A DNA stretch of 64,000 bases from Oculina patagonica (taxonomy: Eukaryota), in NCBI RefSeq assembly GCF_052425735.1, contig NC_135761.1, forward strand, positions 22,878,001-22,942,000. Direction: 5' to 3'. Below the pieces are notes generated by a model. That model was not told the origin of the DNA. It saw nothing but the letters and a program-made list of their open reading frames with translations, and made no database searches. Below are positions 1 through 11,649 of the stretch, piece after piece. Every line of letters starts with the position of its first letter. Position 1 is the first letter of the stretch. A program made the translations under genes and the position numbers.

Positions 1-207
1 TAAGATGTCGTAAAGAATATTTAGGTAGTTTTGATGTCTTTTTTAGTCTAAATCACTACGACTGGCAAAATGTTCTTTGAACTGTTTAGTCCTGTCATGT
101 GCCGTCAAAACTGTTGTGTAATTTTACTAGTGCTGCGTGAAAAAGTAAGTTCGTAAGTCTTGAATCGAAGAATCCGAAGTCCATGCCCGACGTCGGGAGA
201 CGAGTAA

Positions 208-242
208 GAAGTCTGAAGTCTGAAGTCTGAAGTCCGAAGTCT

Positions 243-290
<48 letters not shown>

Positions 291-419
291 TGAAGTCTGA
301 AGTCTGAAGTCTGAAGTCTGAAGTCTGAAGTCCGAAGTCCGAAGTCCGAAGTCTGAAGTCTGAAGTCTGAAGTCTGAAAATTGAAGTCTGAAATGTGATG
401 TCCCTCCTCGGCTTTCGTA
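208..419 (+). mobile_element. Right end of a sibling IS3EU-like element extending left of the window
   Basis: (GAAGTCY)n array followed by AAATGTGATGTCCCTCCTCGGCTTTCGTA, identical to the terminus at 34101-34129. Positions 1-207 do not match the inner TIR of the main element, so this is a related but different element. Confidence 0.75.
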
Positions 420-489
420 GAGGAGGGACATCAGATTTCAGACTTCAAACTTCAAACTTCAGACTTCAGACTTCAGACTTCAGACTTCA

Positions 490-523
<34 letters not shown>

Positions 524-559
524 AGACTTCAGACTTCAGACTTCAGACTTCAGACTTCA

Positions 560-593
<34 letters not shown>

Positions 594-660
594 AGTCTTT
601 AGACTTCAGACTTCAGACTTCAGACTTCAGACTTCCTTGATTTCCGCTGACCTCCGAGTT

Positions 661-1796
661 GTTGAGTTGTTAGATCAGGCAGATCCACTATTTAAGTAGT
701 TAATGTGAGTATTGTAGATGTTTGTTTTGTTTCAATTAAAAAAAAAAAGATCCGCTATCTAAAAAGCCGGCGTAACGGCAGAACGAGAATCGGCGTAACG
801 AGATTTTTTTTTTCAATAACTTAATTAATTTATTGCTATGAACAAAATTAATTTAATAAATTCCCACCTTGGAGACCTGCTGACAGCGGTACCTGGAACC
901 ATTTTTTTTTCTTTATTCACACAAAATAGGCCGCAACATCGTTTACGGCTTATACATGACCTCTGGACTTAATTACGTAAAACTGGACAAACAAACAAAC
1001 AAACAGTAAATATATTTCACAAAATAAAGGGCATGCATATCTTCTTAATCCTTCTAGATCGATCTAGAGCCAGGATTTCGATTTTATTTCGAGTGAGGAT
1101 TTCAGGGAGAAGGTCAGTAGCACGACTGCCCTTTGGACTTTCTCGCCCCGATCGAGACAATGAAACGTACAAAGCCGAAGCAAGTCAATGAAGCCGTTGG
1201 AAAAAATGGAAGGGCCTGAGAAGTTACTGATTTCGTAAGAAAAAGAAAGAAAGAAAATGAAACGCCCACAACAAGGGGTATTTTTAGTTGGTCACCTATC
1301 CAAGTACTAATCCCGCCCAACAGGTCTTAATTTCGGCGATCGGACAAGAACCGTTGCTTTCCTTGTGGTATCAGAAAGAGCGCGTAAATCAGCTAATAAA
1401 AGTTAAGTCCAGTTTTAGCAAGAAAGTGCCAAATTGTCCAAAAGATCCATTTAAACCAGGAATGTCTTTTTCTCTAGTTGCATAACTCTTATAACCCTTT
1501 GTCTCGTGTGACTGTACAGAGGTCATGTATAAGCCATAAACGATATTGCGGCCTATTGTGCGTGAAATAAAGAAAAAAAAAATGGTTACAGGTAAGTGAT
1601 AATTAATAAATTTAATTTTGATCATAGCAATAAGTTAATTAAGTTATTTTAAAAAAATCTTGTTACGCCGATTCTCGTTCTGCCGTTCCGCCGTTCCGCG
1701 TTCCGCCGTTACTCCGATTACTAACAACCGGATCTGACTTTTTAGATAGTGAATCTGACTTTAAATAGTGGATCTGCCTGATCTAACAACTCAACT
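661..1796. mobile_element. Non-autonomous inverted-repeat element (~200-bp imperfect TIRs) nested in the left TIR
   Basis: GTTGAGTTGTTAGATCAGGCAGATCCACTATTTAA (661) vs TTAAATAGTGGATCTGCCTGATCTAACAACTCAAC (to ~1795); further inverted matches at 775-860 vs 1600-1690. Absent from the right TIR. Confidence 0.8.
1259..1376 (-). pseudogene. Diverged 5S rRNA-derived sequence
   Basis: Minus strand reads ATACCACAAGGAAAGCAACGGTTCTTGTCCGATCGCCGAAATTAAGACCTGTTGGGCGGGATTAGTACTTGGATAGGTGACC...TTGTGGGCGTTT, colinear with metazoan 5S including A-box- and C-box-like segments, with many substitutions. Confidence 0.75.
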
Positions 1797-3829
1797 ATCG
1801 CTTAAGAAACCGTTCAAAATTAAATCGGGATATAACCGATATCGATAATTCAATTGTCGAGGTCGGAAATGAATTATCGTGGTCGGAAATAGTCCCGACC
1901 TCGATAATTCCTCTTTTTCTCGGGTCTGAATTAATTCCGATATCGATAATTTATTTGCGGGAGTTGAATTATACCAGGGTCGGCTATAAATTTCTGGGGT
2001 CAGGTTTTCATGCCAGGGAAGGGGAAAGCCTTTTTTTAATTCTGACCTCCGAAATTTTTTACCTATTTTCGATATCCGAATTTCTATTACCATGTATAAC
2101 TCAATAAATACCGGTGTCCATTTATGATTTTGCGATGGGGGTGGGGGTGGAGGTGGGGGTGGGGGTGGTGGTGGGGTTGTGCTGTAACCGAGAGTAAAAA
2201 TGGATATTCAACCCCTTTCCTCTCTTTGTTCTTACTATCTTTTTAGTGGGAGGGGAGGGGGTAAGGGGGTAGTATAATGACGAGAAGTATCTTTGCCAAA
2301 AACGATGTTACAAATTTCCCTAATGTATTTAAAAAATTACAAGAAAGCTAGTCTAAGAACGTTGCCATTAACCAAATATATGTTATTTTCTCTTTTAAGA
2401 AACGATTTCTACTTTTTCCAGATAAGTGTCCAAAAAAACTTTTACGGCCAAAATGTGCTGTGTTGATTCTTTCACAGAACAATAGCAGATACCGATTACT
2501 TCTTTTTTGTTTCTGGTGTGTTTTTTATGAAAAATAAGCTGAATGTTGAAACTTTTCCTTAAATTCCTCAAAAAATTTCGCCAAAGTTCGTTAATCTTCC
2601 TTTTTTGGAATTTAAGCATAAGGTTGGACTTTTTGATACCTATTGTAAATGCGAACAAATGCTATGATGCGTTGTGATATCTCGTGATACCTCGTTATGG
2701 CTAAGACAGTTGGAAAAGTGACCTCTTCAAATTTGTTATCCTTATTTATTCATTGGAAGAGAGCGCACTAGTCGTCCAATCTTATCTAAAGACGTAAAGG
2801 ACGCCGGGCGGACCGAGGATTTGAAATACTTCTCGACTCTCTTCTCAGCAATGTTGTGCTAAGGGGTCTGCTAACTCAAGTAGAATGCCAACTCTCAGGC
2901 CGCCTTTTTATGGGCCAAAAATTTATTTGTCCAAATTCGAGTTTCCGAGTTTGTGCATGAGGTTTTCATTTCTTTTTCAGTAACAAGACGCAACGGTTAA
3001 CAGTTTTAAAATATTTATTTACCAACTCTTTGCTACAACATCAATAAAAAGGTCAAACAAAACGTCTGCTAAATACCACACATGTGCATGAATAGGGTTT
3101 TTCGCACACACACACTTATTGCATGGTAGGCCTTACCAGATTGTGCGCGTAAAATCTCTTAAAGGGTTCTCACTGGGATGCCAAAATGTAGCTTACCCCC
3201 CCCCCCCTCCCAAAAAAAAAAATCCAAAATCCAAAAAGTTACCCCAAAGTTAATGCAATTTGCCCAAAAGTTGGCAATCTGGAAAGGCCTACTCATGACT
3301 TAACTCGGATTTGATTCGCCATACTATTCAACACACTGATTTGAATAATTAATAATCCTAGTTGTATTTGTTTCAATTTTTCTGGATTATTTCCGATGTT
3401 TTAACAATAAAAGATGTAATAGATACTGGAAGTAAAACATCGCTTCTTAGTGATCATCTTCGTGTTTATTATGTACCTCATTATGTTAACATTTTCGCAA
3501 TTCGCAACTGTAACTTTGATTTGATTCTTTCAACCTTTTCTCACTTTAAATAGTTTAATTACGTAAAAATGCATAAAAAGCATAGCATTGTTAAACTCTG
3601 AACTGTAACTTCCAGTGGTTTCCCAATTATCACTGCAAATTTTTACTTGCAACTCCTCTTGAGTAGTAAACTCTTAAGTATTGACATTTTTTCTTAAGTA
3701 TTTGCATAATAATCTGTCCCTTTAATTGAACTGTCCCTCTAGGGAAGACTTCATTGCATATCAAATAAATTCATTATTAAATTCAAACTGGTGGCAAGTC
3801 CATAAACGTTTCTTTTTAGATGTTTGCGT

Positions 3830-6800
3830 TTACATCGAAATGTCAATTTTTTCGATGAAAACTTTGATGATCAACCAAGCCCTTTCTTCTGCTCTTTCTT
3901 CCAGGGTCTTAAGTTTGATTTCGGTTCCAAACATCTGCCCTTCTTTAATTCTTTCGTCTTCCAAGGTGAAGACGTCATCCCCGTCCTGTCCGGCAATTAA
4001 GAATCTGCCAAATTAAATTATTAAGAGGGTATATTAAAGGGGCTATGTCACGGTATTTAAGTCATTTTTCTGATTGCTTTTAAAGCTAAAGAAACCTGAT
4101 CAAGATAATAGTTTTCCAAGATAGGAAAACATCAACGGAAAGACAAAACCCCGAAAATAATAAAGGATGGTTACAAACTTAAAGCAAGTGTCATTTTTTT
4201 CAAGTTGACTTGTCCGTGTCGTAGCCCGTTTAATAGTCAATTTTATCTAGGTGGTTTAAATCATACAGGCTAATAAATCCAAAAAATGCACAACTGATAT
4301 TTATAAAATCATAAACAGGCAAGGTTTTTTAAAATATCTTTATATATCTTTAGAAAGCCTTCTAGTGCAAATTTTGTTAGTACTGCTAATTCTAATTCTT
4401 AGCTCGTTCAGCAATAAATAGAATGCTTGTTCTATTAAGGTGCACGAAATTATTTCGAACTGTAGCTTACTCGTCAAAATGACATAACTTAAATTACAGT
4501 TAGTGAAAGTTGAAACTCACCTGATTGCAACTCTAATCGAATTGACTGCTGACCTCAACTGTAGGTAGAGACTGCAGTTTGGATTATTAATTTTAAGGAC
4601 CATCCTCCATCGCTTCCCATCCATTTCAAACACATCACTTGTCATTGGTTCTTTATTCATTTTTTCAGCTGCCCTCTCTTTAAAGCTGTCTATCGTCCAC
4701 GAAAAACAACCCAGGGACAATGCTGTTTTTTTTAAAAGGGCCTTCTTGTCCTGCAACATTCAAATTGCGAATGAGCTCTTAGTTCTCTAATTCTTTCGGC
4801 GTGTTTGCTTAAGCGAACAAATTCAGATTTCCCAAGGCTAGTGTCCTTTAGTTAGATTTTGTTTAGATTTTCTTATGCCCCTGCTTGCGCTGGCTGTGCC
4901 CAATAAATATATTTTGCATAACTTACTTTGCTTAAAAGGGCTTGCTGCAGAGCTGCCCTTTCCTCAAGAAGAAGAGCGACGTGCTTCTCAGCGTGATCTC
5001 GGTTGTGCTTCTCCGTGCTCTGGCTGTTACCCCAAAAGTTACAACCAACAATACTGCACTCTCGCTGCCTCATTTCACAGGCACTAAGATGTACTTGCAA
5101 TTCTTTCCTGTAGGTAAAAAATTGTTGATGTTGTTGATGGGAATGTTAATGAGACCGATTAACTTGATTACCGTTGTCTTGTTAACATCCTGGCTAAAGT
5201 GATTATAATGCTCTTCTTCAAAGAAGCAGTGATAACTCGAAAAAACAAGCTTTGAATAACAAATAGTGGCATAACTTTACTTTAATCGTGTCTTGTTTGT
5301 TATACTCTGTAACTTCATTGCAACATTTCTTCCACTTTGCCCAGTCTCTTAGCTCGATCAGCCTTCACTATTTCTAATTGACAGTGCTCGGTTTTCCACT
5401 GTTATTTTTTCCATTGCAAGTATTTATAATTTTGTGAAAATAAAGATTGTAGGAAATAAAGATTGTTGTTGTAGACTTGTTGTGGAGAACTATAATATTA
5501 GATAGGGCTTGCGCACGCGCTATGTTATCATATTTCTCATATAGGATCATACACCTATAAGGGTTGGCGAAAAAAAAAAAAATTGCACGCGACAGGACCG
5601 AATTTGTTGCGTGCACTTTTGTCCTTGTTATTGAGTTTTGCAAATTCTTGTAAAATTCACTATGGCTAAAGGTAGCTTCCACATGTCCAAAGAGAAAGAA
5701 AACCCCCTACCATTCGGTCTTGTCGCGTGCACTATTGTAGTTCTTTCCGTTAATCTTTCGATTCTCAAAATAGCTGTATACAACGCGCTCGTGGAATAAC
5801 TGTTGAGTGTACAAGGGAAAGTCTCGATCTTGTTAATAGTTGGCTCGCACGGAGTGTGGGATAGTGTGATAATGCCCTACAATTAAATGAGTGTGAGCTG
5901 TATGTAATCAATTAATTATTTTTCTGCTATCCTGACGAAGTAAACGACTTGCTAGACACAAACGCCACGAGCTGCTGCGATTTACTAGATAAGAAGTCTG
6001 TTTTCGTCGTTTTTGCTTAAGCTCCCGGCTAGAAAATGATGAAAAAAATGAACTGTTGGGCTCAAGTCGTACTTTTTTGGATATTGCTAAAGTCATTCTC
6101 GTTGAGGTCGCTCATTACAGTATTAAAAGCACGTTAACAATAAATCTTTTTTGCTTAATTACGGTTGTTTTGGTAGTGTTATATTTTGTCAGCACAACAG
6201 AAAATTAAGCGTTAATCTTAATCTTTGAATTATCCCAATAATATCTCAAATATTAAACTAATCTTCAAATAGTTGAGCAGATAGAAAAGCCAAAATATCA
6301 TGATCGAACCGAACTGATTATAGTAACAGGTGCGCACCGAGCTAAATGTTGTGCTATATTGTGCTGGTATCCGGTCGCTTCGTTCCAAGGTTACTTCGTT
6401 CCAAGTCACATCGTTCCCACTGTTGTTCAGATCGTTCCCCCCAAAAAAATTCACATCGTTCCAACTAAAAGTTACTTCGTTCCATCGAAAGATTCGATCG
6501 CTCCAAAAGAAAAAAGTTAGATATAAAAGACGATCCAAGTCATAAAAGGTTTTCAACTCAACTTATTTGCGTTTGATTTACCTAAGGCTCAAGGCTAAAC
6601 GCATGTAAAGGAGTTTATAGCAATTTTCTCACTTTTAAAGCCACACGCAAAGTGCGAACATATGCTAATTGGAGGTGTGATATTTCATTAATTGCTTGTT
6701 TTAAGAAACGCAACTTCCATAGTTGATTACTCGTTGCTGTTCTGTTTCACGTTTATCAAACGGCAAAGTAAGACGTAAAAAAAACTGCATTGCTCGTATT

Positions 6801-7827
6801 GAACAGTCGATCGCATGGATTACAAAATTTAACAACATCGAGTAGTAATGTTTTCAATAATGTTTCCTTATAAACATTCTCTTTAGGAAATTAATATAAC
6901 GCTCTGACTTTTCGATGGAACGAAGTAACTATTATTTGGAACGAAGTAACTTTTACTTGGAACGAAGTGACTTTTTTTTGGAAAGATCTGACCAAAAGTT
7001 AGAACGAAGTGACTTGGAACGAAGTAACCGTGCAACCTTTTCTGCCTTACCTTTTCGGTCGCAGGCTACACTTCAACGGACAGCTCATCGTGGTCTCTGG
7101 GCACATTTGCTCAATGTGCACGTCTTCGTTAGCAACAGTTGTGTCGCCGTAGCACTTTTCACAAGAGATTATCCTATATAGGCACTCCTCGGCGTGGGTT
7201 CGCTTATCCTTACGTTTCACCGTTTCTTTGCATCCCTCATTGTAGCATTCCCGCTCTTCTTCCGGACATTTATGTTGAATTAATGCTTCTACTACGTCCT
7301 CTCGCCCGCAAAGGTTGCACCTCGCGCGTATCTGCGCAACGAGCTTTTTCACGGTATAATTCGTCTGGGAAGTTCCTTTTATAATATTTCTGCAGTACGG
7401 ACATTTTTTAATGGCTTCTTGTCTGACTCTAGAAACACAAGAATTGCAGAATGTGTGCCCGCATTCGGGCAGGATGACCGCATCCAGCATGAGTTTATCG
7501 CTGCAACAAAAATCAATGTATGTCACAACTGATTTCAAAGTTACATTGTGCATACAGCATTTATTTATATCTTTTCGACCATCAGTTTCTTATTTTGACA
7601 AAACCATATCATTCGCTTGAACTTGTTGAAAGTGTCAGCAAAGTCGCCAGTTATCTATGCTTAAACGCTCTAATTGTTGAAGTCTTGCGCGTTCAAAAAA
7701 ATAAAAAAACACTGCATGTTTTACTTAACTCTTATCTCCTTGTTGTAAAACAAATCTAAGTTATTACTTACCAGACATAACACTGATAATCGCCAGAAAC
7801 GTCTTCGATTGGAGTTAAATTTTCCAT
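3830..7827 (-). CDS. TRAF-like E3 ubiquitin ligase (C3HC4 RING + TRAF-type Zn fingers + coiled coil + MATH), 363 aa, 5 exons
   Basis: Exons 7827-7772, 7500-7051, 5107-4927, 4750-4521, 4004-3830; all GT-AG and phase-consistent (1092 nt). RING CYVC...CGHTFCNSC...CPYC; Zn fingers HKCPEEERECYNEGC and HIEQMCPETTMSCPLKC; MATH-like FSWTIDSF...SDVFEMDGKRWRMVL...SLYLQL. Confidence 0.88.
6372..7030. mobile_element. MITE with subterminal (GGAACGAAGT)-type repeats in TRAF intron 2
   Basis: CGGTCGCTTCGTTCCAAG... arrays at the left and the inverted ...CTTGGAACGAAGTAACCG arrays at the right. Confidence 0.75.
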
Positions 7828-8628
7828 GAGAAGACTTGCTTTAGATTACTACAACTCTTAGCTGCAACTGTCTGTTGGGCAGTGATCGATTGTGATTTAT
7901 TCGCGAGTTTGATTTTCCCGTCAGGACCCCTGGGACTACTTAAATTTAGTAAATACTTGCTAATTACCAGCCTCTTATCACACACAGCATGATGCATCAG
8001 TTATATAACGATCTTCAAAAACGATTAGCTAGTATAAAGATATGTGACTTCAAATACATGTTTTTTCCTGCAATGACATCCTATTTTCGCTAATGTACGC
8101 TTTAAAAGCCAAGAATTTCAAGATGAAACACAAAGACGCTGGCAACGTATGACAATAAAAAGCAATTGAAATGTGAGATAGTCATCGCGACAATGCTTTT
8201 TTCACGAGGTAAACGGATCCAGCAGTCTAGAGGAGTGTGCTAGGGCACTTGAGATGCCGTCGTATTGAATAAATGTTGGAAAACCTTCCTTAGGCCTTAA
8301 GCCAAAATAGCGGCAAAACACGAAATTTTCGTGTGTGCGTTGAAAAGTGCATTTAAACGACAGTAGAGTTCGAACTAAGGCTCCTAGTTGAGAAAAACTT
8401 CAAAAGATTGTATCTTTCTGGATACTCTTTCACGAGAGTGCAAGTAGATAAACATACGCGTCGACCAAGCAAGAAAGAAAAGAACGAAAAACTTTTCCAA
8501 TGATTTTCAAAATCATTTTTTGTTGCTTTTGCATCGAAAGAATATGAACAAATGTATTTGCTAGTCGGAAGCCTCAAGCAGAGCCATGCCGCCCGAATAC
8601 TCACGGAGCTTCTACCGATTTCGGTCCT

Positions 8629-9624
8629 GGGGCCCGTTTCTCAAAAGTCCCGAGAATGTTTCGGTCTCGAAAACTTTTCGGGGCTGTTTTCGGGCGCGTT
8701 TCTCGGGTTCGGAAAAACGTTTCTCAAAAGGTCCGAAAGAGTCCCGTGTTTTTCGGGGAGGTTTTCGGGATTTGTAACGCAAGAAATAGCGCGTGCTTCA
8801 ATTTTCCAGCCTGTGATTGGTTCAAACATTGCAATTGACTTAGCACTGAGTTGGGTTTGTCACGTACGCATCAAATTCAAAACTTTTTCGAAGAATCGTC
8901 TGCAAAGTTGTACAGTTTCAGCAATGTTTATTTTTTAACACTGATTCACCTCTGGGCTACTTAATGTACGGCAGCCCTTGATGTATGTGTTTTTAAAAAG
9001 CGTTTCTGTTTGTTTAATTTTGTTTATTCGCGGCTTGTGAGTTACGAAGCTCGCGCTACAAACAGCCATTGTCTTGTTGTTGAGCCTTGAATTTGGTTGA
9101 ATAAAGTTACTTTTGGTTGAATTCTTCTCCATCATTGTCGCTCAGCACTTTGACGGACTTGCTGTACATACACTGAATGAATTTCGGAAGTTTTTGTAAA
9201 CAATTTCAGGCGGAAAAAGTCGGCGATCAGGTACGTTTTTAAACCGCGCTACGTTCTCTTCGCGAAGTAAAAGTTCTTCTTGGCGCGCCGGAGTTTGTTT
9301 TGAAATTTGTCAATTAAACAACCTAATTCTGCTAGACTTTTTTCTCTCTCACATCCTGTAATGTTGTCCTGTTCATACAAGCCTTTCACCGCTCTTTGTT
9401 TTCAAAAAAGTGCTTCGGAGATGCAATTTTATAGCGACAAAATAAGTCCCGAGAAGTGTTTTCGGAAGGTCAAGAGCTCCCGCAAAGTTTACGGGTAAAA
9501 TGAAGTGATTTTCTCGGGCACGAAATGCTCGGGCGTTTTGAGAAACACAAAAAAGAGTTTCTGGAGCTTTACGGGACCGTTTTCGGACCCGAACTGTTTT
9601 CGGGACTTTTGCGGAACGCGCGCC
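8629..9624. mobile_element. Non-autonomous PIF/Harbinger-like TIR element
   Basis: CTG-GGGCCCGTTTCTCAAAAGTCCCGAGAA ... TTTTCGGGACTTTTGCGGAACGCGCGC-CAG; repeated TTTTCGGG subterminal motifs; CWG flanks. Confidence 0.65.
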
Positions 9625-10997
9625 AGGGCACCTCTCCTAGATTCGCCACTACTACCCCAAATTTATTTTTTTTAAAAATTCCATGTTCAGTCTCAGTTAT
9701 GTTTGCCCAACTCTGCTTCCTACATGGCGGCTTTTATGACGAGAAAGACTATACATTTAAAGACCCTCGGAACTGACGAAGTTGATTTTATGGAGAATGT
9801 GTCCAAAGTATCGATACTTTTCAACATTGTCAAAATAATGATAATGATAATGAATTTATATAGCGCATTTTTCATGTGCATATGTTCAAATGCGCTGTAC
9901 ACCAGACCACAACACCGGGAGCTTCGTGTCCTACTCTTTTCGAATAGTGTGTGGGTTCTCAAAATACCGGTCTCTCTAATATTTGGTATCTAATATCGGG
10001 CCATCCTTCTGGAAAAAGAGGGTTTTTTTTTTTTTTTTTTGGGGGGGGGGGGGGGGGTTGGGCCAACCATGTTAAGTACGTTCGCGCCAAAATTTTCTTG
10101 TCGATAGATTGTTGCTGGGGTCAGATAATGAGTCACTTGTGTCAGAAATGCACAAAAAAAATGTGGTCGCCGACTTCAGTGCGCGCGCTCAAAGTGTGAC
10201 GTGTCATGGCATTGCGTGGATAACGTGAGCTGTATTGATGCGAATAGAAAGTGAACATAGATTTTTTTAACCAAACTTCGCCTATTAGTTTATTATATTA
10301 AGTGAACTTAAATTTTGACATGAAAAAGGGGGTCTCCACATCGGTTTAGGAGTAGGAGGAACTTGTATATTGCATATGATTTCTTTAATTCCTTTGAGAG
10401 TACTGGAAAGTACACGTTTTTAACGATAATTTTTTTTTTTCAAACATAGGAATTGATCTCTTCATTTTACAGAAACAATTCGATCATTAAACCCAAAATA
10501 TGAGAAAAAATTGATAGGTCACTATACTCGTCTAAGAGAAAGAGACAATTAACTCCTCTCGCGGAATATAAGCCGCATAGAAAAAAGCCGCCATTTTGTT
10601 TATGTGCGCGGGCTCGCGCGCGCTTATTACGCGTAAAATTCTGCGCAGTAAGGTTGCGCAATGCAATACAGGGGACGAGATTATACCGAAGATTGGACCT
10701 TTTTAATAGTCCTTTAGTTGAAAATTCGAAACACAGGAAGCTAGAGCCCTTCCTCGGTGTTATGAGAAAGCCATGAAACATACGTGATTACGGTAGGTGT
10801 CAATTTAAAAACTTTTTTATTCACGAGGTTTTAAGTCGTTAAGTCTTACAATTAGAGTATCAGTTTAAACTTGATGATGTGGCTTTTGTAGTAAATGATA
10901 CGCAAATCACCCAACCATATAAACCTTAAAAGGGACCATTCTTAAATGTTTTGTTGATGGCGAAATTTAAACAATTTGGTTCACCCACAGCAGGTTA

Positions 10998-11235
10998 CCG
11001 TATTTTCTCGATTAAACGCCGGGCCCCGAATAAACGCCGGGTCTCCAAGTTGTATTTGAAAATAAACCCCTTAAACAATTTTTAAAGGTTTAATATGATT
11101 TAAAAACAATGTCTAATTATAAAGCTGCCAAGAATAATGAATAAAAATCGTTTCTTAGAAACATAGGGCTTGAAAAAACTTCTATCGGGCCAAGTTTGAA
11201 ATAAACGCCGGGGGCGTTTAATCGAGAAAATACGA
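10998..11235. mobile_element. Tc1/mariner-type MITE (same family as 63568-63829)
   Basis: TA-CCGTATTTTCTCGATTAAACGCC ... GGCGTTTAATCGAGAAAATACG; near-identical to the copy at 63568. Confidence 0.8.
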
Positions 11236-11649
11236 GAACCCATTTGCACTTTGATTTTGAAAGACAATTAATAGTGCCCTCTTCCCAACAAAACAGTTGA
11301 TGTTTTTTATTAGATAGACGTCAAATCTTTGAGAATTAGCAATGTGATTGAGCCATTTAATGGCCCAATCAGACATTGCTAATTTTGAAAATATTGATAC
11401 CTGATCAAGATGTATCACAATTTTTCATACGATCAGTCCATTCCTCAAATGGAGAGGTTTAAAATGCTTGACACAAAATGATAAACAGAACATTAAGGTA
11501 CAAAGATGTGTAGAATATCTTGTTGTTTAAAAAAATTCTGATGTACAGTTGAACCCCGTTATTTCGAACCGTCAGGGGAAACAAAAAATAGTTCGAAATA
11601 GCGGGAGTTCGAAATAGCCAATAGTAAATGACTGAAGGGCAAATCCAAG

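Larger units (their letters stand above)
420..3250 (+). repeat. Left TIR (first 10 bp TACGAAAGCC missing; interrupted by the 661-1796 insert)
   Basis: Colinear inverted matches to the right TIR: e.g. 1797-1990 vs 33661-33856, 2630-2730 vs 33050-33160, 2755-2920 vs 32890-33020, 3127-3195 vs 32613-32682. Contains the (AGACTTC/GGACTTC)n array at ~437-636. Confidence 0.9.

Noticed and set aside
105-640. ORFs 105-431 and 395-640 (also 33661-34161) with TSDFRLQ repeats
   Set aside because: These are translations of the 7-bp tandem array in the TIRs, not genes.
208-640. CRISPR array or true telomere
   Set aside because: No spacers, eukaryotic context, internal position, and not the TTAGGG-type repeat.
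1259-1376. Functional 5S rRNA gene
   Set aside because: Solitary, heavily diverged, and inside a mobile element.
6230-7181. ORFs with WNEVT/LERS repeats
   Set aside because: They arise from MITE subterminal repeats within a TRAF intron.
8552-9776. Several 60-130 aa ORFs
   Set aside because: They overlap a non-autonomous TIR element and show no recognisable domains or splice support.
11400-11470. Terminal exon of the UBX gene
   Set aside because: No convincing acceptor and frame combination; the 3' end is left undefined.
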